Source: Archangium sp. (GTDB lineage: Bacteria; Myxococcota; Myxococcia; Myxococcales; Myxococcaceae). From it: a DNA stretch of 36,049 bases. Positions within the stretch are counted from its first letter, which is position 1, and every line of letters starts with the position of its first letter. The stretch covers positions 1 through 36,049 of the forward strand of contig JANLPS010000324.1 in the NCBI GenBank assembly GCA_031367385.1. The letters run 5' to 3'. The position numbers and the translations under genes were made by a program. The notes below the pieces were generated by a model. The model saw nothing but the letters and a program-made list of their open reading frames with translations, was not told where the DNA came from and searched no databases. Shown in pieces: positions 10,544 to 19,494 of the stretch.

Positions 10544-11956
10544 TCACCGAATTTCAGGGCAAGACGGGCTGCCCTCGCAGTCGAAGGTCTTCAAGTCTTG
10601 AAAGCGATTGTTCGTCACTCGCCAGTAGGCCACTTTGTCTTTCACGTTGCCGTTGGTGTCGAAGTCCATGCCTCCAGAAGCACCTCGGTAATTGATCGCC
10701 TGACCGGCTTTGGCGGCTGCGAGCGCCTTGGTGAATTCGGCAGGTCCCACGCCAATCACGACGCCGTTGGGGTCGTTGATCTGCTGCAGGGCATCACGCA
10801 CCTGCACCGCCGTCACGTTGGTCATGTCACCCTTGCCCGCGACCACCCCCGCCAACATAATGGCCATCGCCGAGTCATAGGCGTTCGAGTCCCAAAAGGC
10901 GGGGGCCACGCGGGTCGCATCGGTGAAGCGCTGTTTGAAGACCGCACCCGATTCGGTGGTGTCGAGCACGATGTGCGATGTGCCTTCGGAGCCCTCGATC
11001 AGGTTCGCCAGGGTCTGCAGAATCGAGACAAATCGAAAGGTATGCGTGTGCAAGAAAGGTGTTTTCGAGCCGGTGTCGCTGTAGGCGTTGACCAACGCCG
11101 CCGTGTACTGGGGGAAGGTGACCTCCATGATCACGTCAGGCGCGCGGTCTTTGACCGAAGTGGTGCTGCCCGACACCGTGGTCTGGGTCTGGTCATCGAG
11201 CAACAGCGCCATGTCATTGGCCCAGTTGTAAGTGTTCGGGTTGGTTGTCGCCGGGTGGTAGAGCTGCTCGACGATGGGCGCCGGCTCGCCCGCGTCCATC
11301 CTCGCCTTGATGACGGCGGCGGCGATCGCGCCTGAGAAGCCGGTGCCGAAGGCGTCGTCTGACGCATACACGCCGACCTTGAAGACGCCCGGCTTGGCGT
11401 TCGCGAGCGCGATGGCGACCAACACGTTGGCCTGCAAGGTGGCGCTCATCACCGAGCGGTAGAGCCACTTGTCTTGGTTCCTCGCCGCCGGGGTCGCGCC
11501 ATTGGGGTTGTTGATGCCGGGAGACGTGCACGCCATGCAGATGATGGGCACGTTGAGCGGGGGCCCGGGGGTCGTGCCCATGACTCCGTACTGCAGTTGG
11601 TGAACCGCGATCGAGTTGGCCGAAGAGTCGGTGATCAGCGCCTTGACCCGAGTCGCCTCTGGGCGGGTGACCGCGAGGTCGATCGACCGGTTCACCGCCG
11701 TAAGCGGTGTGTTTTCGGAGTCGGCCAACGCGACCTTGACCCGAAAGGTGGCGTTACCGTTGGTCAGGGCCTCGTTGGCGTCTGAAACAGCCAGGCTGAT
11801 GGCGTCTTGCCACGAAGGGCTCGCGAGCGAGCCGGTACGGTCGGTCACCGCGCCGAAGATGAACGAGGGGTAACTGTCGTTGGGGTTCGTGGGAGGAGTA
11901 CAGGCCAACCACATGCACGCCAAGACGCCTACGAAAAGTCGACGAGACGAATACAT
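10544..11956 (-). CDS. Type I periplasmic solute-binding lipoprotein (branched-chain amino acid/ANF-receptor-like)
   Basis: Lipobox WLA-C, GAVTDRTGSLA, LAVSDAN, DDAFGTG, YRGASGGMDFDTNGNV. Confidence 0.85.
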   Translation of the reverse strand: MYSSRRLFVGVLACMWLACTPPTNPNDSYPSFIFGAVTDRTGSLASPSWQDAISLAVSDANEALTNGNATFRVKVALADSENTPLTAVNRSIDLAVTRPEATRVKALITDSSANSIAVHQLQYGVMGTTPGPPLNVPIICMACTSPGINNPNGATPAARNQDKWLYRSVMSATLQANVLVAIALANAKPGVFKVGVYASDDAFGTGFSGAIAAAVIKARMDAGEPAPIVEQLYHPATTNPNTYNWANDMALLLDDQTQTTVSGSTTSVKDRAPDVIMEVTFPQYTAALVNAYSDTGSKTPFLHTHTFRFVSILQTLANLIEGSEGTSHIVLDTTESGAVFKQRFTDATRVAPAFWDSNAYDSAMAIMLAGVVAGKGDMTNVTAVQVRDALQQINDPNGVVIGVGPAEFTKALAAAKAGQAINYRGASGGMDFDTNGNVKDKVAYWRVTNNRFQDLKTFDCEGSPSCPEIR

Positions 11957-12049
11957 AACTCTCTACTTGCGGGCGAAGGGTTCACTATCGATGCTACGGC
12001 TTCTCTGGGTACTTTGTCAGTTTCCGTCTTCAAGCCTGCCTGTGACTCC

Positions 12050-14221
12050 ATGACATACTTTCGCTTGGTCTGCTGCTCACTGCTCATTTCAACCTACATC
12101 TGGGCGGCGGGTAAGCCAGACGCGGGGCCTTCCGTGGCGACTCCCGAAGAGCTCGAAGCGCTGATGTTGAACCAAGCGCGCACCGAGTCATCGACCATCG
12201 CCGGTGTCGAAGAGAGCCGAGCGACGGCGCCCGCGAACATTCAAATCATCACCTATGAGCAGATCTCGCAGCGGCGGTACCGCTCGGTCGCCGAGGCGCT
12301 GCAAGATGTGCCAGGGCTCTACATCATCGACGACTTGGTGATACCAACCGTCGGCGTTCGCGGCATCACCGGCGGCGTTGGGGCAGGCTCGCGCATCGTG
12401 CGCGTGATGATCAACGGCAACCAAGTCGACTTTCGCTCTGATCTCACCGCTTTTCTTGGGCCCGAATACCTGCCCATTGAAGCGGTCGAGCGCATCGAGG
12501 TGGCCAAGGGCCCGTTGTCTGCGCTGTACGGGGCCAACGCCTTTCTCGCGACGGTGAACATCGTCACCCGCAAAGACGGCGCCGGCGCGTCAACCATCGC
12601 CGAGATCGGGCTGCGCGGCCGGTTGACGAATGGCAACGCGGGCTACGGCGGCTCGCTGGTCGCTGGCTTCGATCGCGGAGATCAGGTGCTGGTGGCTTCG
12701 GTCTCGGGTGATTTCATCGACCGCTCGGGTTTGTCGGTGCCGCTGACCTTTCAAGGCACGAGCCTCGACACCTTGCCGGCCAAGTACAAACCGCTCTTTG
12801 GCAAGAGCACCGGCAGCGACTTCTCGACGCCCATGACCGGCCTCATCACCTACACGCTCAAAGGCAAGCATGACCGCCTCGACGTGCAAGGCGGCATGCA
12901 GCAGGTCGACAACAAGGGCGAGTTTCAACTCAACTCGGTGCTTACCGGTAAATCGCGTTTCGCCGAAGGCAACCGCTTCATCAGCGCAAAGTACGAGCAT
13001 CGGTTCGCCCAGCTCGCGTTGATCGATGTGAAGGGCGGGTTCTCACAGGGCGACAATTCGCCAAACCAGGCAACCTACCGCACCGGCAACCTCGACTCGT
13101 TTTTTCGACGACGCTCGTTTTACCGGGCGATTGACGGAGCCGTCGGCGGCAGCATTTCTCCGACGAATTGGCTCTCAATTCGAGCGGGAGTCGACGGCAA
13201 CTACGAGTACCACCAGCCCTTGTTCTTCAGCGAAGTGCTCAACGTGCCGCGTGGTGTGCTCGCGGCCGGCAGTCAAATCGACCGCATCGGTGCGACGGTC
13301 GAGCGCCATCAAATTCTCTCGAATGCCGGCGTCTACGTGCTCGGCACCTTGCTCTTTCTCGACAAGCGCCTGGCCTTCACCGTCAACGGGCGCGGCGACT
13401 TCCCCAACGTGTTTCCCGCGCAGTTCAGCTGGCGCGCGTCGGCGGCGTTCGTACCGACCCCGGCGCTGACGACCAAGGTCATCGTGGGCAAGGCGTTCGA
13501 GACCCCGTCAGCGACGCTGTTGTATGCGCAGCCCGGTTTCCCCACTGGTAACAACATCATCGGTAACCGAACGACTGACGCGCTGCCGCTGGTGCCGCAG
13601 ACGGTGACGTCGATTGAAGGCATCGTCAGCCTCGAGCTGCTCGGCCGATTGTCGATTGACCTCTCAGTGTTCGGCCAGCAGGTCGACAACTTCATCGACT
13701 TTCGCCCGACGGGTACCAACTTCGTCGCCCTCAACATCACCACGCCTCAGCGCGCGCTGGGCGGTGAGCTGGGGTTCAATTTCGTGCTGAGCCGGTTGAC
13801 GTTGAACGGCGCTTTCACGCTCCAGGCGCGAGAAGTCACGCTGGAGTCGCTGCAGACCGGAGCGGTCGATGCCTTCGCGTCGACTGCTTTTCCTGGGTAC
13901 AAAGGGTTCTTGAACGCGAACGTTGCGCTGCGCGAAATTCATACCAACGTGAACGCCACGGTTCGCGGGGTCGGCCCGCGATACGCGACGGCGCTCAACA
14001 TCGCGGCCAACAACGGCCAAGCCTACAGCCTGCCGGGCTATGCCCTGGTCGATGCAGCGGTCTCATCGGTTGGCCTTGCCCTGCTCGGAGGCACCGAGAC
14101 CTCGCTCGCCTTCAGCGTTCGCAACCTGCTCGACACGCGCTTCGTCGAGCCGGGCTTCGGCGGCATCGATATTCCCACCGTGGGGCGCACGTTCATGCTC
14201 GACGTTCGCGAATCGTTTTAA
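12050..14221 (+). CDS. TonB-dependent outer-membrane receptor
   Basis: Plug motifs SVAEALQDVPGL and VERIEVAKGPLSALYGANA; VRNLLD..GRTF near the C-terminus and a terminal Phe. Start at ATG 12050. Confidence 0.93.
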   Translation: MTYFRLVCCSLLISTYIWAAGKPDAGPSVATPEELEALMLNQARTESSTIAGVEESRATAPANIQIITYEQISQRRYRSVAEALQDVPGLYIIDDLVIPTVGVRGITGGVGAGSRIVRVMINGNQVDFRSDLTAFLGPEYLPIEAVERIEVAKGPLSALYGANAFLATVNIVTRKDGAGASTIAEIGLRGRLTNGNAGYGGSLVAGFDRGDQVLVASVSGDFIDRSGLSVPLTFQGTSLDTLPAKYKPLFGKSTGSDFSTPMTGLITYTLKGKHDRLDVQGGMQQVDNKGEFQLNSVLTGKSRFAEGNRFISAKYEHRFAQLALIDVKGGFSQGDNSPNQATYRTGNLDSFFRRRSFYRAIDGAVGGSISPTNWLSIRAGVDGNYEYHQPLFFSEVLNVPRGVLAAGSQIDRIGATVERHQILSNAGVYVLGTLLFLDKRLAFTVNGRGDFPNVFPAQFSWRASAAFVPTPALTTKVIVGKAFETPSATLLYAQPGFPTGNNIIGNRTTDALPLVPQTVTSIEGIVSLELLGRLSIDLSVFGQQVDNFIDFRPTGTNFVALNITTPQRALGGELGFNFVLSRLTLNGAFTLQAREVTLESLQTGAVDAFASTAFPGYKGFLNANVALREIHTNVNATVRGVGPRYATALNIAANNGQAYSLPGYALVDAAVSSVGLALLGGTETSLAFSVRNLLDTRFVEPGFGGIDIPTVGRTFMLDVRESF

Positions 14222-14445
14222 ACGACCGCACTCCACGATGCCCACTCGATGAAGGCGTCGCTGAGTCGAGCCATCGGGGTTGGTTACTCGAACGGGGTGC
14301 GAGGGCTCCCCAACCGAGCTGGGGTCAAGCGCCGGCGCTAATCGGCTCGATTTTGCGCCCACCTGTTCGTGTTCGAACACAGAGGCGTACTCGACGTCGC
14401 TCGTCACTGGTCGTTCGCACTATAAAAAGAGGCATTCTCCGATGC

Positions 14446-14509
14446 GGTCTCACACGGTTGGGGCATGGTGCAAAACGATGTTCGAACCGTGTCAGTTCAT
14501 GGAGAGACC
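14446..14509 (+). promoter_or_regulatory. Candidate structured 5' leader occluding the RBS region of the AEC transporter gene
   Basis: Nested complements GGTCTC/GAGACC and ACACGGTT/AACCGTGT; GGAG at 14501-14504; TATAAA at 14421. Confidence 0.35.
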
Positions 14510-14513
14510 CTGA

Positions 14514-15416
14514 ATGGCTGGTATGGGCCTGCTCATCGGCTGCTTCATCTTGGGGGCGCTGGCTCGGCGTTTTGCGAAGCTGCCAGACAATTCGCACCGA
14601 GCGATCAACGCGTGGGTGCTCAATGTCTCGATGCCAGCATTCATCATTCGGCTCATTCACGGGGTGCCGCTCGAAGCAAAATTGGTGTGGCCGGTCGTCT
14701 CGTTGTGGGCGGTTTTTGCGGTGCCGGCAGTCATCGCCGTTGTGTGGTCACGGGGCAACGCACCGCGCCGCAATGGCGACGCGGGCGCGCTTGCGCTGTG
14801 CGTCGGCCTTGGCAGCACCGCCTTCATCGGGTACCCCTTATGCTGTGCACTCGCTGGCCCGAGCGCGCTGCCAACTGCTGCCGTGGCTGATCAGCTTGGC
14901 ACCTTCGTCGCGCTCTCGTTTGGCGCCGTACCGTTGGCGACGTATTTGAGTGGAAAGCCGCTGACGCTGTGGTCGGTCGTGCGACGGGTCATCACTTTTC
15001 CTCCAATGATCGCATTGGTCGTCGCGCTCTTGCTGCGGGGCATCGTGATACCGCTCGACCTCGATGAGGTTCTCGATCGTTTGGGGAACATGCTCGCGCC
15101 ACTGGCACTGGCCAGCGTTGGTTGGCAGTTTGACCCGACGACGCTGCGCGGCCACGAACGCATGGTCAGCGTTGGGCTCCTGTGGAAGTTGGTGCTCGCA
15201 CCTGCGATGGTCGCGCTCTTCTTGTACTGCCTGCATCGACAATTCACTGAGGTCGACCGCATTGCAATCGCTCAAGCAGGCATGGCACCCATGGCGACAG
15301 CCGGCGTCGTGGCGACCGAGTTCAATCTGAGCCCCAGGCTGGCCGCCGCGTTGATCGCGATCGGTACGCCGCTGAGTATCTTCGCGGTGTCGGTGTGGTG
15401 GGCGTTGTTGCCATGA
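14514..15416 (+). CDS. AEC (auxin efflux carrier/malate permease) family transporter
   Basis: About 10 TM segments, VLNVSMPAFI, GSTAFIGYP, FPPMIAL, PLALASVG, QAGMAPM. GGAGAG RBS. Confidence 0.88.
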   Translation: MAGMGLLIGCFILGALARRFAKLPDNSHRAINAWVLNVSMPAFIIRLIHGVPLEAKLVWPVVSLWAVFAVPAVIAVVWSRGNAPRRNGDAGALALCVGLGSTAFIGYPLCCALAGPSALPTAAVADQLGTFVALSFGAVPLATYLSGKPLTLWSVVRRVITFPPMIALVVALLLRGIVIPLDLDEVLDRLGNMLAPLALASVGWQFDPTTLRGHERMVSVGLLWKLVLAPAMVALFLYCLHRQFTEVDRIAIAQAGMAPMATAGVVATEFNLSPRLAAALIAIGTPLSIFAVSVWWALLP

Positions 15417-15447
15417 AACCCCAACGCGCGCAGAGCATCTGCGTACG

Positions 15448-16929
15448 ATGAGCTCGACTCGATCATTGGTGTTGCTCCTCACGCTCGCGTCTGCGAGCTC
15501 GTATGGCGATGATGCGGGCATCTCGACTCCTGCGCCTCCGAAGTCGTCGCTGAACGTCTCGACCCCGGGCCCGATGGCCAAGAGCGATGCGGGGATGACT
15601 GTATCGGTGACGCCCGTTCCGACGTCCAAGGCCACGACGCCCGCCGAAACGATCTCAGCTCCGACGGTTCCTTCGAGCGCGCCAAGCCCTGCTCCTGCGA
15701 CGACGACGCCCGCACTCGCGCCCAGGGCGCCCACTGCGACGCCGACTCCAGCTCCCAAGCTCGCCACCAAGGCTCAACCGCTCGCTCCGACGATGCCCGT
15801 CCCGACGGCTCCAACCGAGATGCCCGCGGCCGAAGCCCCCCCGGTCTGGGTCTTCACCGCGAACGTCGAGGAGGGGCTCAGCGTCAACCGCATTGACGGC
15901 CGATTCGGCGCTCAAGCCGGCGTGCTGGCTCAATCGCGCTACCAGATGCGCGCCACACCTGTCGGCCTGGTCGACAATCAATTTCAAGTACCCATCGTTC
16001 GGCCCTACCTCCGTGCGCACGTGTTGGTGCCTTGGGTGCGTCTTTTTGTGCAAGCCGAGCTCGCTGGCACGCCGCGTCTGCTCGACCTAGAGCTCGATGT
16101 GCAGCCCATGCCCTGGCTGGGTCTGAAGTTCGGGCAATTCGTTACGCCGTTCTCTCGCGCATTCATGACGATGGTGCCGAAATTCTTGATGCCCACGTTG
16201 TCGATCGCCAACACCTATTACCGCGCTGACCGCGATACCGGCGTGATGCTCTACGGCATGCCCGCTCAAGGGCGTCTCGAATATTTCGCGGGCGTCTTCA
16301 ACGGCAACGGCATCGACAAAACCACGAACGACAACCGCGAATTCTCGTACGTCGCGCGCTTCGCAGGCACGCCCTTCGGAGATGCCCCGAATACAACGGG
16401 TCACGTTCACTACGACGACACGCCGACGCTCGCAGGGCCCGTAAGGCCGACGCTGCAACTGGGCATCAACGGCTCCTACAACCACACCGCTCCAACGACA
16501 CAGGTGATCGACGCCGCGACGATGCAATTCGTCACTCGCCCGTTGGAGACGCACCGCCTGTTGACCGGAGGCATCGACGGTCAATTTCGCGTTTCGTATT
16601 TCGTGTTGCAGGGCGAGTTCTTCATTCGCCGTGACGCGCCAGACAACGCGAGACCCGTTGTGTCGATGGGCGGGTCGGCGCAGACCAGCGTGATGCTGGT
16701 GCCCAAGTGGTTCGAGCTCGCTGCGCGGTTCGCGCTCGTGAACCTGAATGTAGCTGACGCGGTGCCCGCTCAGATTGAGACCTACGAGTTGCAGGCCGCG
16801 ACGTACCCCATCGGCAACCACCTCAAGGGCATCGTGAGCTACACGCTAGGCCGCTCACGCGGCGCATTGCTCGGGTACCCCGATGGGTTTTCGCACACGG
16901 TGTTGGCGCAGGCGCAGCTTTGGCTGTGA
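15448..16929 (+). CDS. OprO/OprP-like porin with a Pro/Thr/Ala-rich N-terminal extension
   Basis: Signal peptide, low-complexity region, LKFGQFVTPFS, RDTGVML, YFAGVFNGNG, C-terminal AQAQLWL. Confidence 0.75.
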   Translation: MSSTRSLVLLLTLASASSYGDDAGISTPAPPKSSLNVSTPGPMAKSDAGMTVSVTPVPTSKATTPAETISAPTVPSSAPSPAPATTTPALAPRAPTATPTPAPKLATKAQPLAPTMPVPTAPTEMPAAEAPPVWVFTANVEEGLSVNRIDGRFGAQAGVLAQSRYQMRATPVGLVDNQFQVPIVRPYLRAHVLVPWVRLFVQAELAGTPRLLDLELDVQPMPWLGLKFGQFVTPFSRAFMTMVPKFLMPTLSIANTYYRADRDTGVMLYGMPAQGRLEYFAGVFNGNGIDKTTNDNREFSYVARFAGTPFGDAPNTTGHVHYDDTPTLAGPVRPTLQLGINGSYNHTAPTTQVIDAATMQFVTRPLETHRLLTGGIDGQFRVSYFVLQGEFFIRRDAPDNARPVVSMGGSAQTSVMLVPKWFELAARFALVNLNVADAVPAQIETYELQAATYPIGNHLKGIVSYTLGRSRGALLGYPDGFSHTVLAQAQLWL

Positions 16930-16960
16930 GCCGAACCCCGGCCGATGATCTCGCAGCTGC

Positions 16961-17016
16961 CGCCCACCAGCGGCAAGGCCTTCGTCAGAGACCTCGACGT
17001 TACCGCCGACCTCGTC
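16961..17016 (+). repeat. Displaced 56-bp copy of an internal segment of the ABC ATPase gene (19661-19716)
   Basis: 53/56 identical, same orientation, offset exactly 2700 bp. Confidence 0.9.
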
Positions 17017-17170
17017 TCGGATGCCGTTGCCTGCCTTGACGATGCTCGAGAGGGCGGCGATGCGATGGCGCTCTTGTCGTCGCCGCGTTCGATGGCGGGT
17101 CACGGCACTGGAGGGTTGAAATGCGGGCCATCGTGCTGTCTGGAGCGCGCGGTTCGCCGCCGACGCCGGC

Positions 17171-17208
17171 TCAGCGCTTCGCCAAGATGAGGCGAAGCTG
17201 ATTATTCT
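17171..17208 (+). terminator. Possible terminator hairpin downstream of the porin gene
   Basis: TCAGC(gc)TTCGCC-aagatga-GGCGAAGCTGA followed by TTATTCT. Confidence 0.3.
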
Positions 17209-17523
17209 GCATGTCAATGGTGCGCGGGTGGCACAACGGGCTCCCCCGAGATCGGCGAATCTCTCAGCCGAAGGCCCGTTGCGAACGTCACCATGAGGGG
17301 AGAGGTGGCTCAACAACCACACCTGACGACACGTTTCGGAGCGCGTGCGGGCCGATTTGCTGTTCTACGTCGCTCGATGATTCGAGAACACTTGGTCGGG
17401 TTGATAGCGCCGGCGGGTGGGCAGCCGTTCGCCAAGGGGTTGCGCGGAGCTGCGGTGTTCGACGCGGTCTGCGTGCTGCTGTACTCGTGGTTGTTCTTGA
17501 GCTGAGCGGTGTGCCGGGCAGGC

Positions 17524-17612
17524 CGTTGATGCCGAGGCGCTCGAAGGGTCGGCCACCCGAGAAGGAGCGTGGCTCGTTACGACCGGGTGCTTCGAGTCCC
17601 TCAGCACGAACG
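17524..17612. repeat. Imperfect inverted repeat, REP-like element
   Basis: Arm 17524-17546 matches the reverse complement of 17590-17612 at 18/23 positions. Confidence 0.45.
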
Positions 17613-17647
17613 AACCCCTTCGGCGCGAGCCGAGTCCTCAGACCTCC

Positions 17648-18886
17648 TCACCCCGGAGCGACCGCCTCGACCTCACCCAGCCGCCGCTCGAGATATCGCC
17701 GTTCAGCCGCGTTTCGCACCCGGCTCAGCGCCGCACGGTAGGCCTTGGCCGCGTCACTCCGCTCACCCGCGCGCCTCAAGAAATCAGCCCGGGCGGCATC
17801 GAAGAAATGGGTCAGCTCGAACTGCGCCACATCGAGCCGGCCGAGCGCCTCGAGGCCTTCTCGCGCTCCGAAGGCCATGCCGATCGCCACGGCCCGATTG
17901 AGCGCCACGGTCGGGGTATCGACCCACCCCACCAGCCCATCATAGAGCAACGCAATCTGCCGCCAATCGGTGTGCTCGGCCCGCTGCGCCTCGGTGTGCA
18001 GCGCCGCGATCGCCGCCTGCACTTGATACGGCCCCGGCTCTTTGAGCCTCAGCGCCTCTTCGAGCAGCCGTGTACCCTGGGCAATCTCCTCGCGGTTCCA
18101 CCTCGAGCGGTCCTGATCTTCGAGTAAAATCAGATCTCCAGTGGCGTCGACCCTGGCTTCGCTGCGCGAGTGCTGCAGCAGCAGCAGGGCCAACAGCCCG
18201 CTGACCTCGGGCTGATCAGGCATGGTCGCGCGCAACCAGCTCGCGAGCCGAATCGCCTCACGGCACAGGTCATCGCGGAGCAATTGCTCCCCTTCGGCCG
18301 CGCTGTAGCCTTCGTTGAACACCAGGTAAATCGTCGTCAGCACGCTGTCGAGCCGTGAAGGCAGCGCCTCGCGGGTCGGCACCTCGTAGGGGATGCCAGC
18401 GATTCGAATCTTCGACCTGGCGCGCACCAGCCGCTGCGCCGTCGTCGCTTCGGGCTCGTGAAAGGCGCGGGCGATCTCCGAGGTCGACAACCCCCCGAGC
18501 GTTCGCAGTGTCAGCGCGACTTGGGTCTGTGCCGAGAGGGCCGGGTGGCAACAGGTGAAGATCAGCCGCAGCTGATCATCGTCGACTCCCGAGTCGAGGC
18601 GATCGAGATCAACCTCGTCGGCGGCGGCGAGCCCACTGGCCGCGTCGAGTGGCTCGGAGAGCACCGAGCCCGCCGAGCCACTCACATCGAAGGCCCGGTT
18701 CTTCGCTACGGTCGCGAGCCACGCGCCGGGTTGCGCAGGCACGCCCGAGACTGGCCACCGCTCGAGCGCTTTGACGCACGCATCGCTGAATGCATCTTCG
18801 GCCGCCTGCAAGCTGCCCAGCACCCGCACCAACCGCGCGATGACCGGGCCCGCTTCACGCTTGAAGACCGCAGTCAGGGAGCTCAC
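17648..18886 (-). CDS. ECF sigma factor with C-terminal TPR/DUF6596 extension (ECF42-like)
   Basis: AEDAFSDA..WP, WLATVAKNRAFD, DDQLRLIFTCCHPAL, YLVFNEGY, GPYQVQAAIAALH; directly downstream of a DGPF gene. GTG start. Confidence 0.93.
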   Translation of the reverse strand: MSSLTAVFKREAGPVIARLVRVLGSLQAAEDAFSDACVKALERWPVSGVPAQPGAWLATVAKNRAFDVSGSAGSVLSEPLDAASGLAAADEVDLDRLDSGVDDDQLRLIFTCCHPALSAQTQVALTLRTLGGLSTSEIARAFHEPEATTAQRLVRARSKIRIAGIPYEVPTREALPSRLDSVLTTIYLVFNEGYSAAEGEQLLRDDLCREAIRLASWLRATMPDQPEVSGLLALLLLQHSRSEARVDATGDLILLEDQDRSRWNREEIAQGTRLLEEALRLKEPGPYQVQAAIAALHTEAQRAEHTDWRQIALLYDGLVGWVDTPTVALNRAVAIGMAFGAREGLEALGRLDVAQFELTHFFDAARADFLRRAGERSDAAKAYRAALSRVRNAAERRYLERRLGEVEAVAPG

Positions 18887-18934
18887 GCGCGGGCAGCGAA
18901 GCCGACTGCGGCGAAGACCTCAAGCGAAGAAGGG

Positions 18935-19285
18935 TCACCCGAGGCTTCGAACCGGGCGCACTTCAATCGACCCGAGGGTCGCCGAAGGGCACTTCGCCGC
19001 CCACTTGAGCGCCTCATCGAGGTTCGGCACGTCGATGAGATAGAAGCCGCCCAGCTGCTCCTTGGTCTCAGCGAACGGGCCGTCGGTGTTGACCGTCTTG
19101 CCATTGCGCACGCGAACGGTGGTCGCGGTGTGCACTGGTTGCAAAGCCTCTCCAGCGAGCAGCACCTTCGCCGCGCGCATCTCTTCGGTGTACTTGAAGT
19201 ACTGCCCCATCATTGCGTCGGTGTCAGACTTCGCCATCTTCGCCCAAGCGCTCTCGGGGTCATTGATCAAGATCAGGTATCTCAT
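18935..19285 (-). CDS. YciI/DGPF-domain protein
   Basis: TDGPFAETKEQLGGFYLID..IEVRP; GGAGA RBS before ATG 19285. Confidence 0.93.
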   Translation of the reverse strand: MRYLILINDPESAWAKMAKSDTDAMMGQYFKYTEEMRAAKVLLAGEALQPVHTATTVRVRNGKTVNTDGPFAETKEQLGGFYLIDVPNLDEALKWAAKCPSATLGSIEVRPVRSLG

Positions 19286-19494
19286 GGTCGTTTTTCTCCA
19301 GTGATGGGTGAGCTGCAATGACTCGACGATTGAGCGCGGAGGCAATCGACACTGGCCTCGAAATCATCTTTTCTCATTCGATTCTGCGCACTTACCAGCA
19401 GCGCGGCAGAATGCCCGAAGCGGGAAAGTGTATTGACAGCCGACCTTTGACGCTTTACCGGGAGCGCCTGAACTTTTTGCCTGTGAAGGGGCCC

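Noticed and set aside
16945..17741. Short ORFs (81, 70, 155, 176 aa) between the porin and the sigma factor
   Set aside because: No recognisable motifs; the 81-aa ORF only borrows the duplicated ATPase fragment. Likely degenerate or non-coding.
17648..19285. ECF sigma plus DGPF pair as a novel system
   Set aside because: Matches the established ECF42/DGPF arrangement.
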